Source of the DNA: Halocafeteria seosinensis
Taxonomy: Eukaryota
Assembly: GCA_001687465.1 (NCBI GenBank)
Contig: LVLI01000234.1
Location: forward strand, 62,001-110,422
Direction of reading: 5' to 3'
DNA length: 48,422 bases
Shown here: one piece after another, positions 35,201-47,193 of the stretch
How the letters are laid out: every line of letters begins with the position of its first letter
Numbering within the stretch: the first letter of the stretch is position 1
The notes under the pieces: generated by a model
What the model was told of the DNA's origin: nothing
The model's database searches: none
What the model saw: only the letters and a program-made list of their open reading frames with translations
Made by a program: the position numbers and the translations under genes

Positions 35201-35729
35201 TGACTTTAAGGCGCAACTTAAAGAGATTCCTGCATTATTATATGAGATTCCGTCCAATGGGCCCCACCTGTATCCGAAAGACTGGGGGGCTGTATTGCCC
35301 CTTCTGGAACGGTGGACGTTGTACGTTAGGAAAGGACCGTCCCACAGCGATGATGCCATTTTACTTCAAGAGCCCATTACACTCGGAGACAGGCGTAAAC
35401 AGCATCTCGTGCTATTTCAGTATAGGAATTATCTGGAAAATACCTCAGTAGGGACAGGTGAAATAATTGACGAAGTGGAGAAGGCCTTGCCGAAAGAATT
35501 GACTGATCTGGAATGTTTCTGTTCCCTGGTACTCATCACCAACTCTGCCAACGTGAATATCGGGAAAATTCAGGAGGGCGTCACTGATACCGACAGGTAC
35601 GCCATTGTCAAGGGAGAATCGAGGATCTGTCAAGTCCAAGGCGACCGCAGTTGTAAACTTCCGATGAACTCGGAGCTGATCGTTTTCAAAAAGGGGGGTG
35701 TCGCTACGATTCTACCGGGTCTGTCCTAA
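32210..35729 (+). CDS. Crinkler/RHS-type effector: helical header + P-loop NTPase + PD-(D/E)XK-like nuclease (847 aa, 7 exons)
   Basis: Exons 32210-32264, 32500-32541, 32636-32866, 32935-32970, 33281-33301, 33498-33869 and 33943-35729 join in frame via phase-1 introns. Walker A SVGSGKT, Walker B VLIHVDE, STAND-like SGGAPRL, and C-terminal HSDDAIL..LVLFQYRNY..IIDEVEK. Confidence 0.72.
32314..32346 (+). repeat. Decayed third copy of the same element in intron 1 of the Crinkler-like gene
   Basis: gaggatccggtcaacttcc-t-gctatctgtcaca versus gaggatgcggtcaacttcc-cggccggtgg-gctatctgtcaca at 30041-30082. Confidence 0.7.
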
Positions 35730-35961
35730 GCGGTCTTGTAGCCGTCTGTTGCCCTTAGGCCTACAATATACGCCTTGCTTGCTTCCACCGTATTACCACG
35801 CCAACTTGTGAGTCGTTGTGTGACGACCCGTACGACGTGTGGAGCCCGTATATTGGTAGCCTAAACTAGACTAGAGTTGTTGGTCCTGTAGTTGGTAGTA
35901 ATAATTCCTCTAGTAGACCACGGATACAGTAAGAGAGGAAACTCTCTATACTAGCCACAAA

Positions 35962-38785
35962 ATGCATCGTTTCCAGGTCCCCCGGGCCTCCACCAAGGTC
36001 AGATCGTGGCGTTTTCCATTGCATTCACGTTTACGAGCGTCATGTCGTAGAGTATTCTCTTCATGCCATAGAGTAGCTTCGAATCAGTGTGGGAGCTGCT
36101 CTGTATTGCGCCTAGAAGAGCCACAAGGGCGCGGTGGGGAATGGTCAGGAGATACGAGGGCCACGTTTGGCTCGTTTATGACTATAATGGCAGCCTCCTT
36201 GATGACAGGAGGAGTTGCATCATGTGCTGCTAGCAATGATTCACCGGAAAAGAGGAAGAAATCAGCGTCAACGTCGTCGGATAAAAAGAAAAAGACGGCT
36301 CAAAAAGAGGCCTCGGTTGTTGCAGCCGCGGCTGATCAGCCGGAAGATGATACGGACGATATTGCCCTTCCCGAGACACTACAGCCCACATACAATGTGG
36401 ATCCAGAAGGGGAGAAGCGGAAGCTCCAAGCCTACAAAATATTTCAGCGGTCACTTGGGAAATGGCTCCCCAAGGAGGAAGTGATGGACTTCGAGGAGCT
36501 CCTGGAGATGATAATAAACCCAATCGATGCTGTACGAGATCATCTGGGTATCGAAGGATACAGGCACCCAGGTGTACCGAATGTGTTTGTCACCAAAATT
36601 CAGCATAACGACACTTCGCTGGCGATTTCCATCGAGCTGCCAGTCATGGACGCCTCTGGCATGCTCCAACGCATTACGTCTCGAGTCGCGGCCAAGGATC
36701 CATCAGCAGAAGCACCAACGGAGCAAACTGAAGCAATGGAAGAAGGCATAAATGAAACGGTGATTGAGTGGCTATCTCGTGTCGATGGAAACGTTTATTT
36801 TCATAGCTCTGAGAAGTTCCGCGTTATTGGAGTGGATGACCGCAATAACAGTATGTGCATATCTGATGGGTGTAATGAACGGGTTGTGACAGTAAATCAC
36901 AGTTCATTCTTTTCTCGTACAGATGTGGATGTCGAAATCGATGGTACCTCTGGTGCTATGATATTCCGGGTCAACGCCATAGACAATAACACCTCTGGGA
37001 TACAGGGGTTTACCAAGGACACACTGCGCGTGATTACCGATTCCTATTTTGAAGCGTTATTCAGACAAATCGAGTGGACTAACAATGTTCCGCACAACCC
37101 TTATGGTAAGGAGGATATGCTCATACTCAGAAAGCTGTTGTTGGTGCTTGGTTGACTGATTGTATTGTGTCTACCCAGAGAGACTACGAGAGGATTTTGA
37201 CCCAGGACAACAGGATTCGCAGTCCAATGCCTCCAAGTTTTCCAAATGGTTGCGCAACAACCGGGAGGACATTAAACGGGAGTGGTTTTGGTGGATCTCC
37301 CAGTTTTCCTTGACGGAAAAGCAGGATGCGAATAAGTACTTCCTGAGATCGCCGCCAAGGGATGTATCTGGCCATCGGAACGTCACGGCAGTCGAAGGAC
37401 ATCCGCGAGTTGCCGTTCGATACTTGCCACTCAAATCTGTACCAAAACGCACCCCTGGTAACCCGAAGGAGGCGCATTTCGCTCAGCAGAGACATGACAG
37501 ACTGCAATGGATGAGAGATCGTTTTAAGCAATTCATGATTCAAAACTGGGAACAATCGTTATATTCTAGTACCTCTTTTACGGAGTTCCAGTCAGCATTG
37601 GGGAAGATAGATCCCCTTTATGGAGCAAAGTACTATCTGTCCTGGTTCCGCAGCCACAATGTCCAATCGATTCCCCGAGGTCAGCTAAATAAAATTCTGC
37701 GGGAATACGCCGCGGCTTTCAACAACGAAAGAGCCAATCCGAAGCGCACGCCTTCACGTGAAGATATTCTTGCTCAATTCATGGGTCGCAAGAATCAAAC
37801 GCCCACACACCATGGGGAAGATGTACCGGAAGAACTTAGGGATCTTCCATGCTCGGTCTACACACGAGAGAGCCACGCTATGGATGGCGTGGACTGGGAC
37901 AATTTAGCGGGGTATGACTATATTAAGCATGCTGTCGAAGAAAATATTCTGCTCCCACGCAAATATCCGGATGTCTACGATCGTGTATCCGCTGCGACGC
38001 GCCGGAGGCCCTCCAATGCTTCTCAGCTGTCAGGCTGCTATGTTTTCTACGGCCCTCCAGGAACGGGGAAGACGACCACAGCACGTATCATTGCTAGCCA
38101 GATTGATGTTCCAATGGTGTGCTTATCGTTTGAATCAATTGCGACGTCACTGTATGGAGAGTCGCAGAAGAAATTGGACCAGATACTCCAGAAGATCTCA
38201 TCACTACCGGAAGGTGCCGTTGTCTTCGTCGATGAGGCGGAAACTTTTTTCCCCTCCCGCGCTAGAGCCGGAATGAGCAGCTATGACCAGCGCCTGCTCA
38301 GTATTTTTCTCAAGTGGTTAGAGGGCATTGAACAAAAGAATAAAGTTGTTGTCGTCCTAGCGACCAATCATGACCGTGCGCTGGATGATGCCTTGAAAAG
38401 TAGGGCGTCGCTCGCCTTACACTTCGGACTTCCGGACAAGGAAGCACGAAGACAGATCTGGCGACAATATGCGAAGCACTTCGGCGCGGGAGAGTTGGAG
38501 GAGGTAGTTCAAGCTAGTGAAGGACTTACAGCTAGAGATATACAGAAAGTTTGCCAAGTTGCAGAGCGGAGCTACTCCAGTGAACTAATCCGTGAACGCG
38601 AGAATCAATCGAGCAATACTGCTATCGGAGATACCGAGGACGACGACAATAAGTATAGACCCCCTTTGGATCGATACCTCGAATGCATGAGTGGACGCAT
38701 GGCCTCGCACGGCGATGTTTCGGGTGGTCACGACTATATGCAAAATACAAAGAAAACGCGGAGCAATAGAGGGACTCCAATGTGA
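35962..38785 (+). CDS. AAA+ ATPase (single AAA module) with long unique N-terminal region, probably mitochondrial
   Basis: Two ORFs are joined by a GTAAGG..CCCAG intron. WDNLAGY, GPPGTGKT, VFVDE and VLATN..LDDALKSR (SRH). The N-terminus is Arg-rich and acid-free. Confidence 0.88.
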
Positions 38786-39010
38786 AGCTCCATTTCGTTG
38801 TTTAGAAAGCGCTCCACTTTGGGAAGCATTATTGGTTTAAATAGAGTCGAAAGTACCGTCACTGACACATATGAATCCTAAACCTTGATAGCTGTGCATT
38901 CTCTCTGTTTCGCACTTAATTGTCCGAAATAGGCTCTACTGAATCCACCCGCGATGTTTGTAACACGTCCTTCTTTTACATTAACGTTGATTATGCCTGC
39001 GTTTTTTTGC

Positions 39011-40879
39011 CTAGCTGAATATACTCATGAGTTGTGACACTTCTGCCCTGCATATAGGGCAATGCGGCTTCAAGTCTTCGTTTCGAGAGCGCCGAGCATC
39101 TTCAGCGGCTGCTTCCATTAATTGCGAGGAGCAGTCATCACACATGCACAAGTGCTTGCAAGGAAGAAGCAAAACCGTTTTCTCCTGGCAACAACATGCG
39201 ACGCAAAGTTTTCTTTCCAGTTCCGTGCCCATGGACTCCTGGATCTTAACGTCTCGTCTTCTTCGAGTTCTTTGGAGGGCTTGCTCCAGCGTTGACTCCA
39301 ATGAACGTAATTCCTGTGGGCACCAGAAGCAGCGAGGGTAATAACATAGAAATGAAGGAACCCTTGACTCATAACTTACTTCTAAACTTAGCTCGTCGAT
39401 CGCCTGTGGATCTCCGTTAAGCTTCCTGACTTCCTTCGATAGCTCCCCGTTTTGCCGTTGCAAGTTGCGAATGACCACAGTGGTTGTGTCCTTTTCTTTT
39501 TCCGCTTGGGAATATGACTCTGGAACGCTACCGGTAGAGTTTTTCCTCTGGATGGATGGGAGAGATGTTGGCTTTCTAGGAGTGGTGTTGTCAGCGTTTG
39601 GAAATCGATTATGCGGGTCAAGTTTGCTAGGTGGAGATCTGCTCGAGCTTCCACCGCTATTGACTTTCGATTTGTCGGTGTTGGCGTAAAATTTCGGCGG
39701 TGTTCCAGTACCGGTTTTTTGTGCTGGAAATCCCGATGTGTTTACGGACCTAGCGCCTCTGTATTGCTCTGTGTTGCTGAACATAATTCCCTCTCTAGCG
39801 CTAAGGTTTGGTAATGACTCGGCACTCTCTTCGCAGTCTTGGGAATCAACGGAACTATGAGACAGCCTTCCCGTATTTCTGACTTGATCATCGTCACTAG
39901 AGCATTCCGAGTCGATGGATGAAGTAGAATCCACATTGCTGGGAGTACGCAGTAGCTGTTTCGTCTTCATTATTTCGCTTGGAGGTGACCAGGGTCCCCA
40001 TCCAAATTGATTCTTAGCGGAAACACGAAGCACATACTCGGTCGCAGGGTCAACTCCCCGCACTCGAAACGTAACAGCTTTGATACAAAGAGCTATAGTT
40101 TTCCATTGTGGTGGCCCATTGTTTTTGACTGCAAGTTGCAATCTGTACTCTGTTGTTCCGATTTCGTTCTTCTCTTCTTGGGTCAAATCCTCATCGAATT
40201 CCACTGTCGGAGCTTTCCAGCCGGAACAAATCATGTTTGGTAGCGCATACTCCAAATGAGGAGGCTCCATGCGAGGAGGAAGAACTATGGCCGGGAAGTT
40301 TTGCTCAATTTCGGTAAGTAGTCGAGTATTTCTGTGGAAGAGTGGCATGCATAAAACAAGAACGGATGGTACGTAAGGGAAGCAGCAATAACATACTGGC
40401 TTTCAACGCAGTCATCCAAAGGAGTTTTCCCCGCCTTGTCTTGGATCCTTGGATTGGCCCCGTAGAATAGCAAAGCTTTAACAATGACAGAATGACCCTT
40501 ACCACAAGCGTAATGTAGTGCTGTCTTGCCAAACTGCATGAAAAGAGACGTTGCCGTCTACATACTCTCTGTCTCTGAGGGGAAATATGCTCACTTTGTT
40601 TTGGCAGTTGATTTCCGGAGGAAACTCAGCTTGCAGTAAAACGGTAACTATATTATGATGTCCATTTACTGCTGCACGCATGAGAGCAGTCCATCCAGCC
40701 TGCAACGACAAAGAAGCGGATAGTGAAGCCAGGACCCAATGCAGCGTGTTTTTAATTGTTCGTACCTTATCTTTTCCACTGATGTTTGTATCTGCTTCCC
40801 TTAGTAGTTTGAGAAGAGTGACCTGATCTCCTGTGCTGGAGGCCTGCTGTAATTCTTGCTGCTGCTGCGTTGAAGTCAT
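39011..40879 (-). CDS. Ankyrin-FN3-RING (C3HC4, IAP/MGRN type) E3 ubiquitin ligase
   Basis: GWTALMRAAVNGH and GKTALHYACGKGH (ankyrin), W.AP..Y..GVDPATEYVLRVSAKNQFGWGPWS (FN3), CVAC..LLLPCKHLCMCDDC..CPICR (RING). Four introns, including an in-frame one near 39314-39379. Confidence 0.9.
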
Positions 40880-40959
40880 GGTGTCGTCTGAGACTTTCTC
40901 ATTCACCACTAGGCCACCGCCGTGGCAAAGCGATGACGTAGACTCTTTGAGTGTACGAA

Positions 40960-41061
40960 AGGTACTGGATGTCTACACCTGAAGGGTAGAATACCGAGAC
41001 TTTGGTCCCGCCGATAGGTACTGGATGTCTACACCTGAAGGGTAGAATATCGAGACGTTGG
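40960..41061. repeat. 46-bp direct repeat x2 (period 56) in a divergent promoter region
   Basis: aggtactggatgtctacacctgaagggtagaata(c/t)cgagac(t/g)ttgg at 40960-41005 and 41016-41061. Confidence 0.95.
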
Positions 41062-41473
41062 ATAACTCTGCCACTAGCTGATAGAGTTCAATGCCCCGTT
41101 GTTCACTGAATACAATTCCACGCGAATACTTTTGCGAGCACGCCGTACCAGCGCTCACGTACACTTTTGACAAACACTTTCCACATGAAACATCCAACGC
41201 TGCGCTGGACGCTCAGCGCCGCAAGAGGACTCCGTTTCTACAGGCGGCCGGAGCCCCGTTTCCCGGAAGGCGTTCGAACGATTAACGCCTCACCAAAACT
41301 GCAACTCTCAACTTCACAAACTTGCTCCGTTTTGTGAAGTTGAGATTTAAGAGGTCGATATCTCGTCTGGAGGGATGAATGATACCGGTATGATTGTCTG
41401 AGAGAGGAAAATAAGAGGAAAAATTGAAGATCCACTAGGCGCCGGTGTTGCTTGCGGTCAGTAACGGGGAGCG

Positions 41474-42016
41474 ATGGCGGTGAAATCGGTACGACATCCT
41501 GCTTCGTCCCGGACGTTTAGGTGCTTTCATTGAGCTTATCTTGCCTTATAATGGGTCTGCAGGATACAAAGTTCCTTGATGTTGCTCCACCAGAGACGAG
41601 GCACTTACTGGTAGATCCGAAATTGAGACGCAGGAAGCTGCAATTTGATGGTACGACAATTTTTTGAGCGCATTCTGGACTACATTGGAGAGAGAGAGAG
41701 ATTAGGCTTTTCGATGCAGATATTAATGTCGTTCCACCCATCCCCCGTATGGTAGATGACCCTTCCGTGCTGGCTCAGGGGGCATTGGAATTGAATGAAG
41801 CAGAAATTGACGAAGGGTCAGCAGTGACGGCAGCGGCCGACAATAGCCGTAGGTAGATTCTCGATGTTGACTCACGCGCGAGCAAGCACGTAGATATTGG
41901 TCTTTCTCGTTTATGTTTCAACTACAGGTCCTACACTTGACGATCTAGAACGGCAAGAACGAGAGTGGAGAGAAACTGGCTTGGGTATTCGACATCCGTC
42001 AGCCCAGTCGGGATAA
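41474..42016 (+). CDS. Anaphase-promoting complex subunit 13 (Apc13)-like, 106 aa, 4 exons
   Basis: Exons 41474-41488, 41563-41650, 41720-41848 and 41928-42016 give MAVKSDTKFLDV..LLVDPKLRRRKLQFDDINVVPP..LERQEREWRETGL, which resembles the Apc13 LP.DDI.VP and E..W.DLGL motifs. Confidence 0.65.
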
Positions 42017-42127
42017 GCTGTGCTTTGGGCTGCCTACCGACATATTTTGAACCACTATCTATCAATGCGGCCATCTATTGCTGTGTATATCATGGTAACG
42101 GAGAAGCTGCCTATGTATCCCCATCAA

Positions 42128-44255
42128 CTATGTGGCCGAAGTCTTCCTTGAAATAAGCTCCTTCATGTACTCGCTACACTCTTCATAAGTGCCACACGGA
42201 TGTAGCAAAATCCAATTAATCTGCTCCTCAATCAGAGCACCTAACTGAGGTCCTTTCGCTGCTCCTAATTTCATCAACTCTTTACCCTGTGCGTCGGTCG
42301 AAGAGTAAGATAACCAATGAACTAAAATAGACACATAAATGCAATGATGCTTACATTCAAATGTGGTTGCATTTTCCAGGCTTCCGAAACTTTCCATTCT
42401 TTTGCTGCTTCCGGAATAAGCTTGAAGGAATTTAGAACGGTTTCCACCTCTGATGCGTCGAGCGGAGCGGATGCTTCTCGTTCGACAGATTTAACAGCAG
42501 CAGCAATGTGTAGAGCACTTGTCCACAGCGGACCGGCTTCGCGAACTGCTTTCCCCAACAATAGCCTGGTGTCATCATCAACATCTGTCCCTTTTACTTC
42601 CAGTTCTTTGAACACATTGAGCAGGCGCTCAGTGCAAATCTGAATGGAATACACTCGTGTGGCAATGCGCGTATTCCACTTCAAGTGGCATTTCACTACA
42701 GACTGGATGAAAGATATCGGATGCTTTCGCTTGGCATCATCATCCGCCAAAAGCATACGACAGGGCCATGTAACCGCCGCAAGAAGTAGATTCTGTACTG
42801 TTTCTTTGTCGCCGTCCATACTTCGGCTGTGGTCATCTTTAAGATGAGATTGAGTCCATTCCTTCTCCCACATGCTCTCACTACCAGCTTCCCCAGCTCC
42901 ACTCTTCCTTCGTACGTCAACTGTTATATTGTGAACCAACTTCATAGCATCTGCTTCACTCCCGTTCGTCGAATCTTGACCATCCAAGTGTATTGTAGGA
43001 AGAATTGAACTGTTGCTTCCTGTCCACTGTTTGTTAAGCATTTCCACTACGTCCATTCCTTCGTCTAATGCTCGGCGGAGACAAAAAACGCCCATATCAG
43101 GGTATTCTGAAGTGAAAGGGTTCGGCACTTTGCCTCGCGACCCTTGGAGCAAATTATGATCCGCTTCGTCCTTGTCAAGTATGCGCGTTGGTTGTAATAC
43201 AATGCCTAGGAGTCTTGTCTCATGAAGTATTCGTAAAGCTCCTACAGGACGAGGTCCGAGCATCATTCCGGAGAACTCCGTCCCCACTCGTTCTTTGGAC
43301 ACCTTCTCTTGAAGCGCCGTCCGAACGGTTTCTCTCTGCATAGTACCCCATAAGTCTTTGTCTACATGGAAAGCATATTTTGAAGCGAATCGGACAGCCC
43401 TCATGACCCTTAAAGGATCATCCATCAGCGTCGTATGTGGTTCGAGTGGAGTGCGGATTCTGTCATTTTTCAAGTCTTGATAGCCCTGCAGACATCCTAG
43501 GCCAAAAAGCACCGGTAAGAGGAGAGAAAGAGCCGCTTCGAGATGAACGCATCTAGATCCGTACCTTGCCCGTGTAGTCTTCGATGCACTCCTCGTTCAA
43601 ATTGAAGAAGAGTGAATTCAAGGTGAAGTCTCTTCGTTCGGCATCTTCTTCTGCTGAACCAAATTTCTGAAGCAATTTCATTTAAAAAAAATTCGATACA
43701 TAAAGAAGTCCTTGGAAGAAAAAGTTACGTATCATGCACCATCCTGCGGCTTACCATCACAGGAATCCGACTCTCCTGAGCGTACTCTTCGCTCCGTAAG
43801 TTCACGAAATCCACATCAATGCCATGAATTTTGGTTGTGGCCGTCTCTAGGTGTTTAGATTGTCCTGGATTAGCTTGAATGACGGCCACTGAATGCGCTT
43901 CCTGGCCCCGCTGTCGTAGGTACTCGGCGACAATCTGAGCGAATTCCTGGCCCGTCATTGTATCCACGGCAATATCAAAGTCATGATTGGGGAGGCCCAA
44001 AAGTTTATCACGAACCCATCCTCCCGCTATTCGGACCACTACACTGCTACTGGGGTTCTTTGTATGCGCGTATTGCGTGGCACTTTGGAGCGTATGCACC
44101 ACTTGCTTCTCTGTTTCGGTCAGTCCTATCGTGGCATGCTCCACAACGCTTAATTCACTCGCCATATTGGTGTACGAATTGCTTATTATCCTCAATGTAC
44201 TTTGTGTATAACGTGGGAAAGTCTGTCGTATTATCCCTGAGAACAATGGCAGCAT
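42128..44255 (-). CDS. CCA1: CCA-adding tRNA nucleotidyltransferase (class II), 4 exons
   Basis: RIAGGWVRDKLLG..DFDIA, NPGQSKHLETA, DFVNLRSEEY, spliced EDAERRDFTLNSLF, DDPLRVMRAVRFA, KVSKERVG and GKELM..GPQLG. Confidence 0.96.
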
Positions 44256-44608
44256 TAAACTAGCTTACAAGAGGAAAGCAGCAACGGACAAACATTTCAC
44301 CAGTTACAACAAGAAAAAGTACATGGCCCATGGGGTTCATTCTTCAACAAAAACAACAGACAATCCTATAGACAAGCTGTTGTTGATGTTTGGAACAGAT
44401 ACGAGGCCATTTTTCCCATCACCTTCACAGAGAGATACAGACAGCTTCACAGAAGGACGAAGTGCGTTCAATTGAATTGACACAAGATTCGCGGAGTTGA
44501 TGGGATCGAGCCTTTGTTTGTGGAGGACGGTAGAGCTTCAAGCGAGACAGAGTTAGTGAGCGGTAGTCGTTTGGATGACGTGTTAATCAGCAGGTTAAGC
44601 ACAGACAG

Positions 44609-47103
44609 ATGCCTCCCAAGAAGAGCGGTGGTGGAGGAGGAGGAGCGTCCCGTCGGCAGCCATTTTCGGGAAAGAAGAAAAAGGAGCAACTGAAAGGAAA
44701 GCGCAGGCAGAAACAAGGCCACAGCAGCGAAAGTGAGGATGAACATGATGTGGGAGGAGCCTCTGAAGAACTCAGTCCTTCCCCTGAGAATGAGTTTGAT
44801 CCCCGAAGAGCCGGAAGAAGCAGTGCTTCCAGCACAGTACCAGAATTGCCTCTTCATGTGAGTTTGGGTCGAAGTGGTCATGTGAATAACCTGTCCACCA
44901 TGTTCGTTAAGGAGACGGATGAGGCGGTTCGCAAGCGCAAAGCCATAGCTACGTTTCCTATCGACGCTACAGCGCGCTTTGTCGGGACAGACGCTGTACG
45001 CGAGGTTCAGCGGATAAAGCATGAACAGGATTCATCGGAGTGGCACCATTTCATCGAAGCGCGGATCAAAGAGCAAAAGAAGAAGAGTGGCGGGTTAGCG
45101 CAGATGCCATACATTCACGCGGCAAACTATGCACCGCATATTCGCAAACGCTTTATGATGGAGGAAGTAACTACAGAAAAAGCGGACGGCACTGCTGAAT
45201 CTACTGGAGACATGTATGTAAGGCCTCTGAGGACCACAAGGATTAGCGTTTCATCCATTCCCGTTTGCGTGTTCACAGAGAGAATTTTCCATTAGGAATG
45301 CCCCTCAGCCAGTATTGGTTCGAGCGAGAGAACTGTGAGATATTTAATGACGCAGCTTTCGAATATGATCCTGAGAAGGAGAAAGAAATCTATAACCAAT
45401 GGTACGAACACCGATGACATAGTCAAGCTGTCTTTCAGCATCCATCCACTGTTTTTGCAGGCTAGAGGATATCTACACACACTACGATAGAACGGAACTG
45501 AATCAATTCGAACACAATCTCGAGGTTTGGAAGCAGCTGTGGCATGTGCTCGACAACAGCTCTTCCATCGCACTGGTAGCGGACGCTAGGAATCCGTTGT
45601 TTCATTTGGAACCATCGCTATATCACTTCGTTTGTCATGTCATGGACAAGCCACTCTATGTTATCCTCAATAAGGTACGCCCGCACTCACTCAAAACTGC
45701 CAAACTACGATCCTCCGGAGACTAAAGTTACTCTCTATATCCGCAGGCTGACCTGGTTCCTCAGCAGTGCATTGAGGCTTGGAAAAAATACTTGCAAACA
45801 ACATTTCCCTCGCTCGGGGGAGTGGTCCCATTTACTGCTAATGCTGCACAATGCAACTTTAATGATTCTTTGGGCCAAAGGTGCTGTAATGTATTGAGTC
45901 TGATCGCGTTTACAAGAATTATTACCAAGTAGTTGAATTTTCGCAGGAGAAAGGCACTGTCTCAGGCTCATACAACATTTGACGAGGATTGCAACGAAGC
46001 CCGTGCAAGCAGCGTAAAGCAACTATTGCGTATCATAGGTTGCGCGGAAGCTGACACCAGATCTATAACGCAGAGTGTCCGTAACATGACCGCTCAGACA
46101 TTCAATACTGGTGCTTCGAGAAAGACGCAGAAAGACCTACCCTCTCGCCGGCATAAACGAGGCGGTATGGAAAACGAGGCAGAAGCAATCAACAAGATGG
46201 TCGCCGAAGCGGCTGGAATTGGCAGCGACGAGGAGGACGACGAAGAGGCAATCGATGAAAGGGAGACAGGAGAGACGAACGAGGAGCCCGAGCGGGAGAA
46301 GGATTCGTCGAAACTACTAACAGTAGGAATGATTGGGCATCCCAACGCCGGCAAGAGCAGTATTATAAAGTACGGGTGGTTAATGCCATTGGTTAGGATG
46401 TTGAGTTTGATTCTTTGTCTGGAATTCATGCAGCCTGTTGGCCGCACGGAAAAGAGTGTCTGTATCTAGAACTGCCGGACACACAAAACACTTCCAATCA
46501 GTTCCAGTACGTTTGATTAGTTGTGAAACTGGAGATACTTTATTTGACAGCTGAGAGATGATGGTGCTGCAGATTACAAATGGCCTGCAGGTCCTGGACT
46601 GCCCCGGTTTGGTCTTTCCTCATTCAATACATGATTTTGTTTCCGAGGATTCTGCAACCGTAATGACGCACTCCCTGTCTCCGCAACTCCTGTCGATAGC
46701 TATGCAGCAGTGCCTAGGTGTTATTCCGTTGGCCCAGGTGCGAGAGTGCTACACCGCTATCCGATTCCTTGCTGAACGAATCCCGTTAGAGAGGTGGTAT
46801 GGTTTGGCGCTTCCCGATGACTGGGAATATCTTGTCACAGTAACCGATCAAATGCCTCAAGAACTCAAATCTGAAGGAGAACGAAACGAAGTTATTGACG
46901 AACGTCACAAGACAGTATTTCTTCGTTGGTCTGCGTACTCGATTTGTGATGCCTACGCTGCGAAAAAAGGAATGAGGATTGCCAAGACTGGCGCCCCCGA
47001 TGCGCATGCTGCTGGCAGATCTATCCTTTATGATGCCGTCGACGGGGTGGTATCACTCTTTTTCTGGCCACCAGCATATTCGACCAAACACAGGTGTACC
47101 TAA
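44609..47103 (+). CDS. GNL1: GNL1-like circularly permuted large-subunit GTPase (multi-exon)
   Basis: PFSGKKKKEQL N-terminus, spliced FEHNLEVWKQLWHV, DARNP, NK|ADL (G4), GHPNAGKSS (G1), VSRTAGHTKHFQ (G2) and DCPGLVFP (G3). Confidence 0.9.
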
Positions 47104-47193
47104 CAGTCTACATACTACAGATGAGAGAGGTTCTAATCTACGATGTCTATTAAGTAGGCCAGAACAATATGGAAATGACTACGGAGCAGTCCT

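Noticed and set aside
41200..41290. GC-rich hairpins with GTTCGA suggesting a tRNA
   Set aside because: It cannot be folded into a cloverleaf and has no A-box or acceptor stem.
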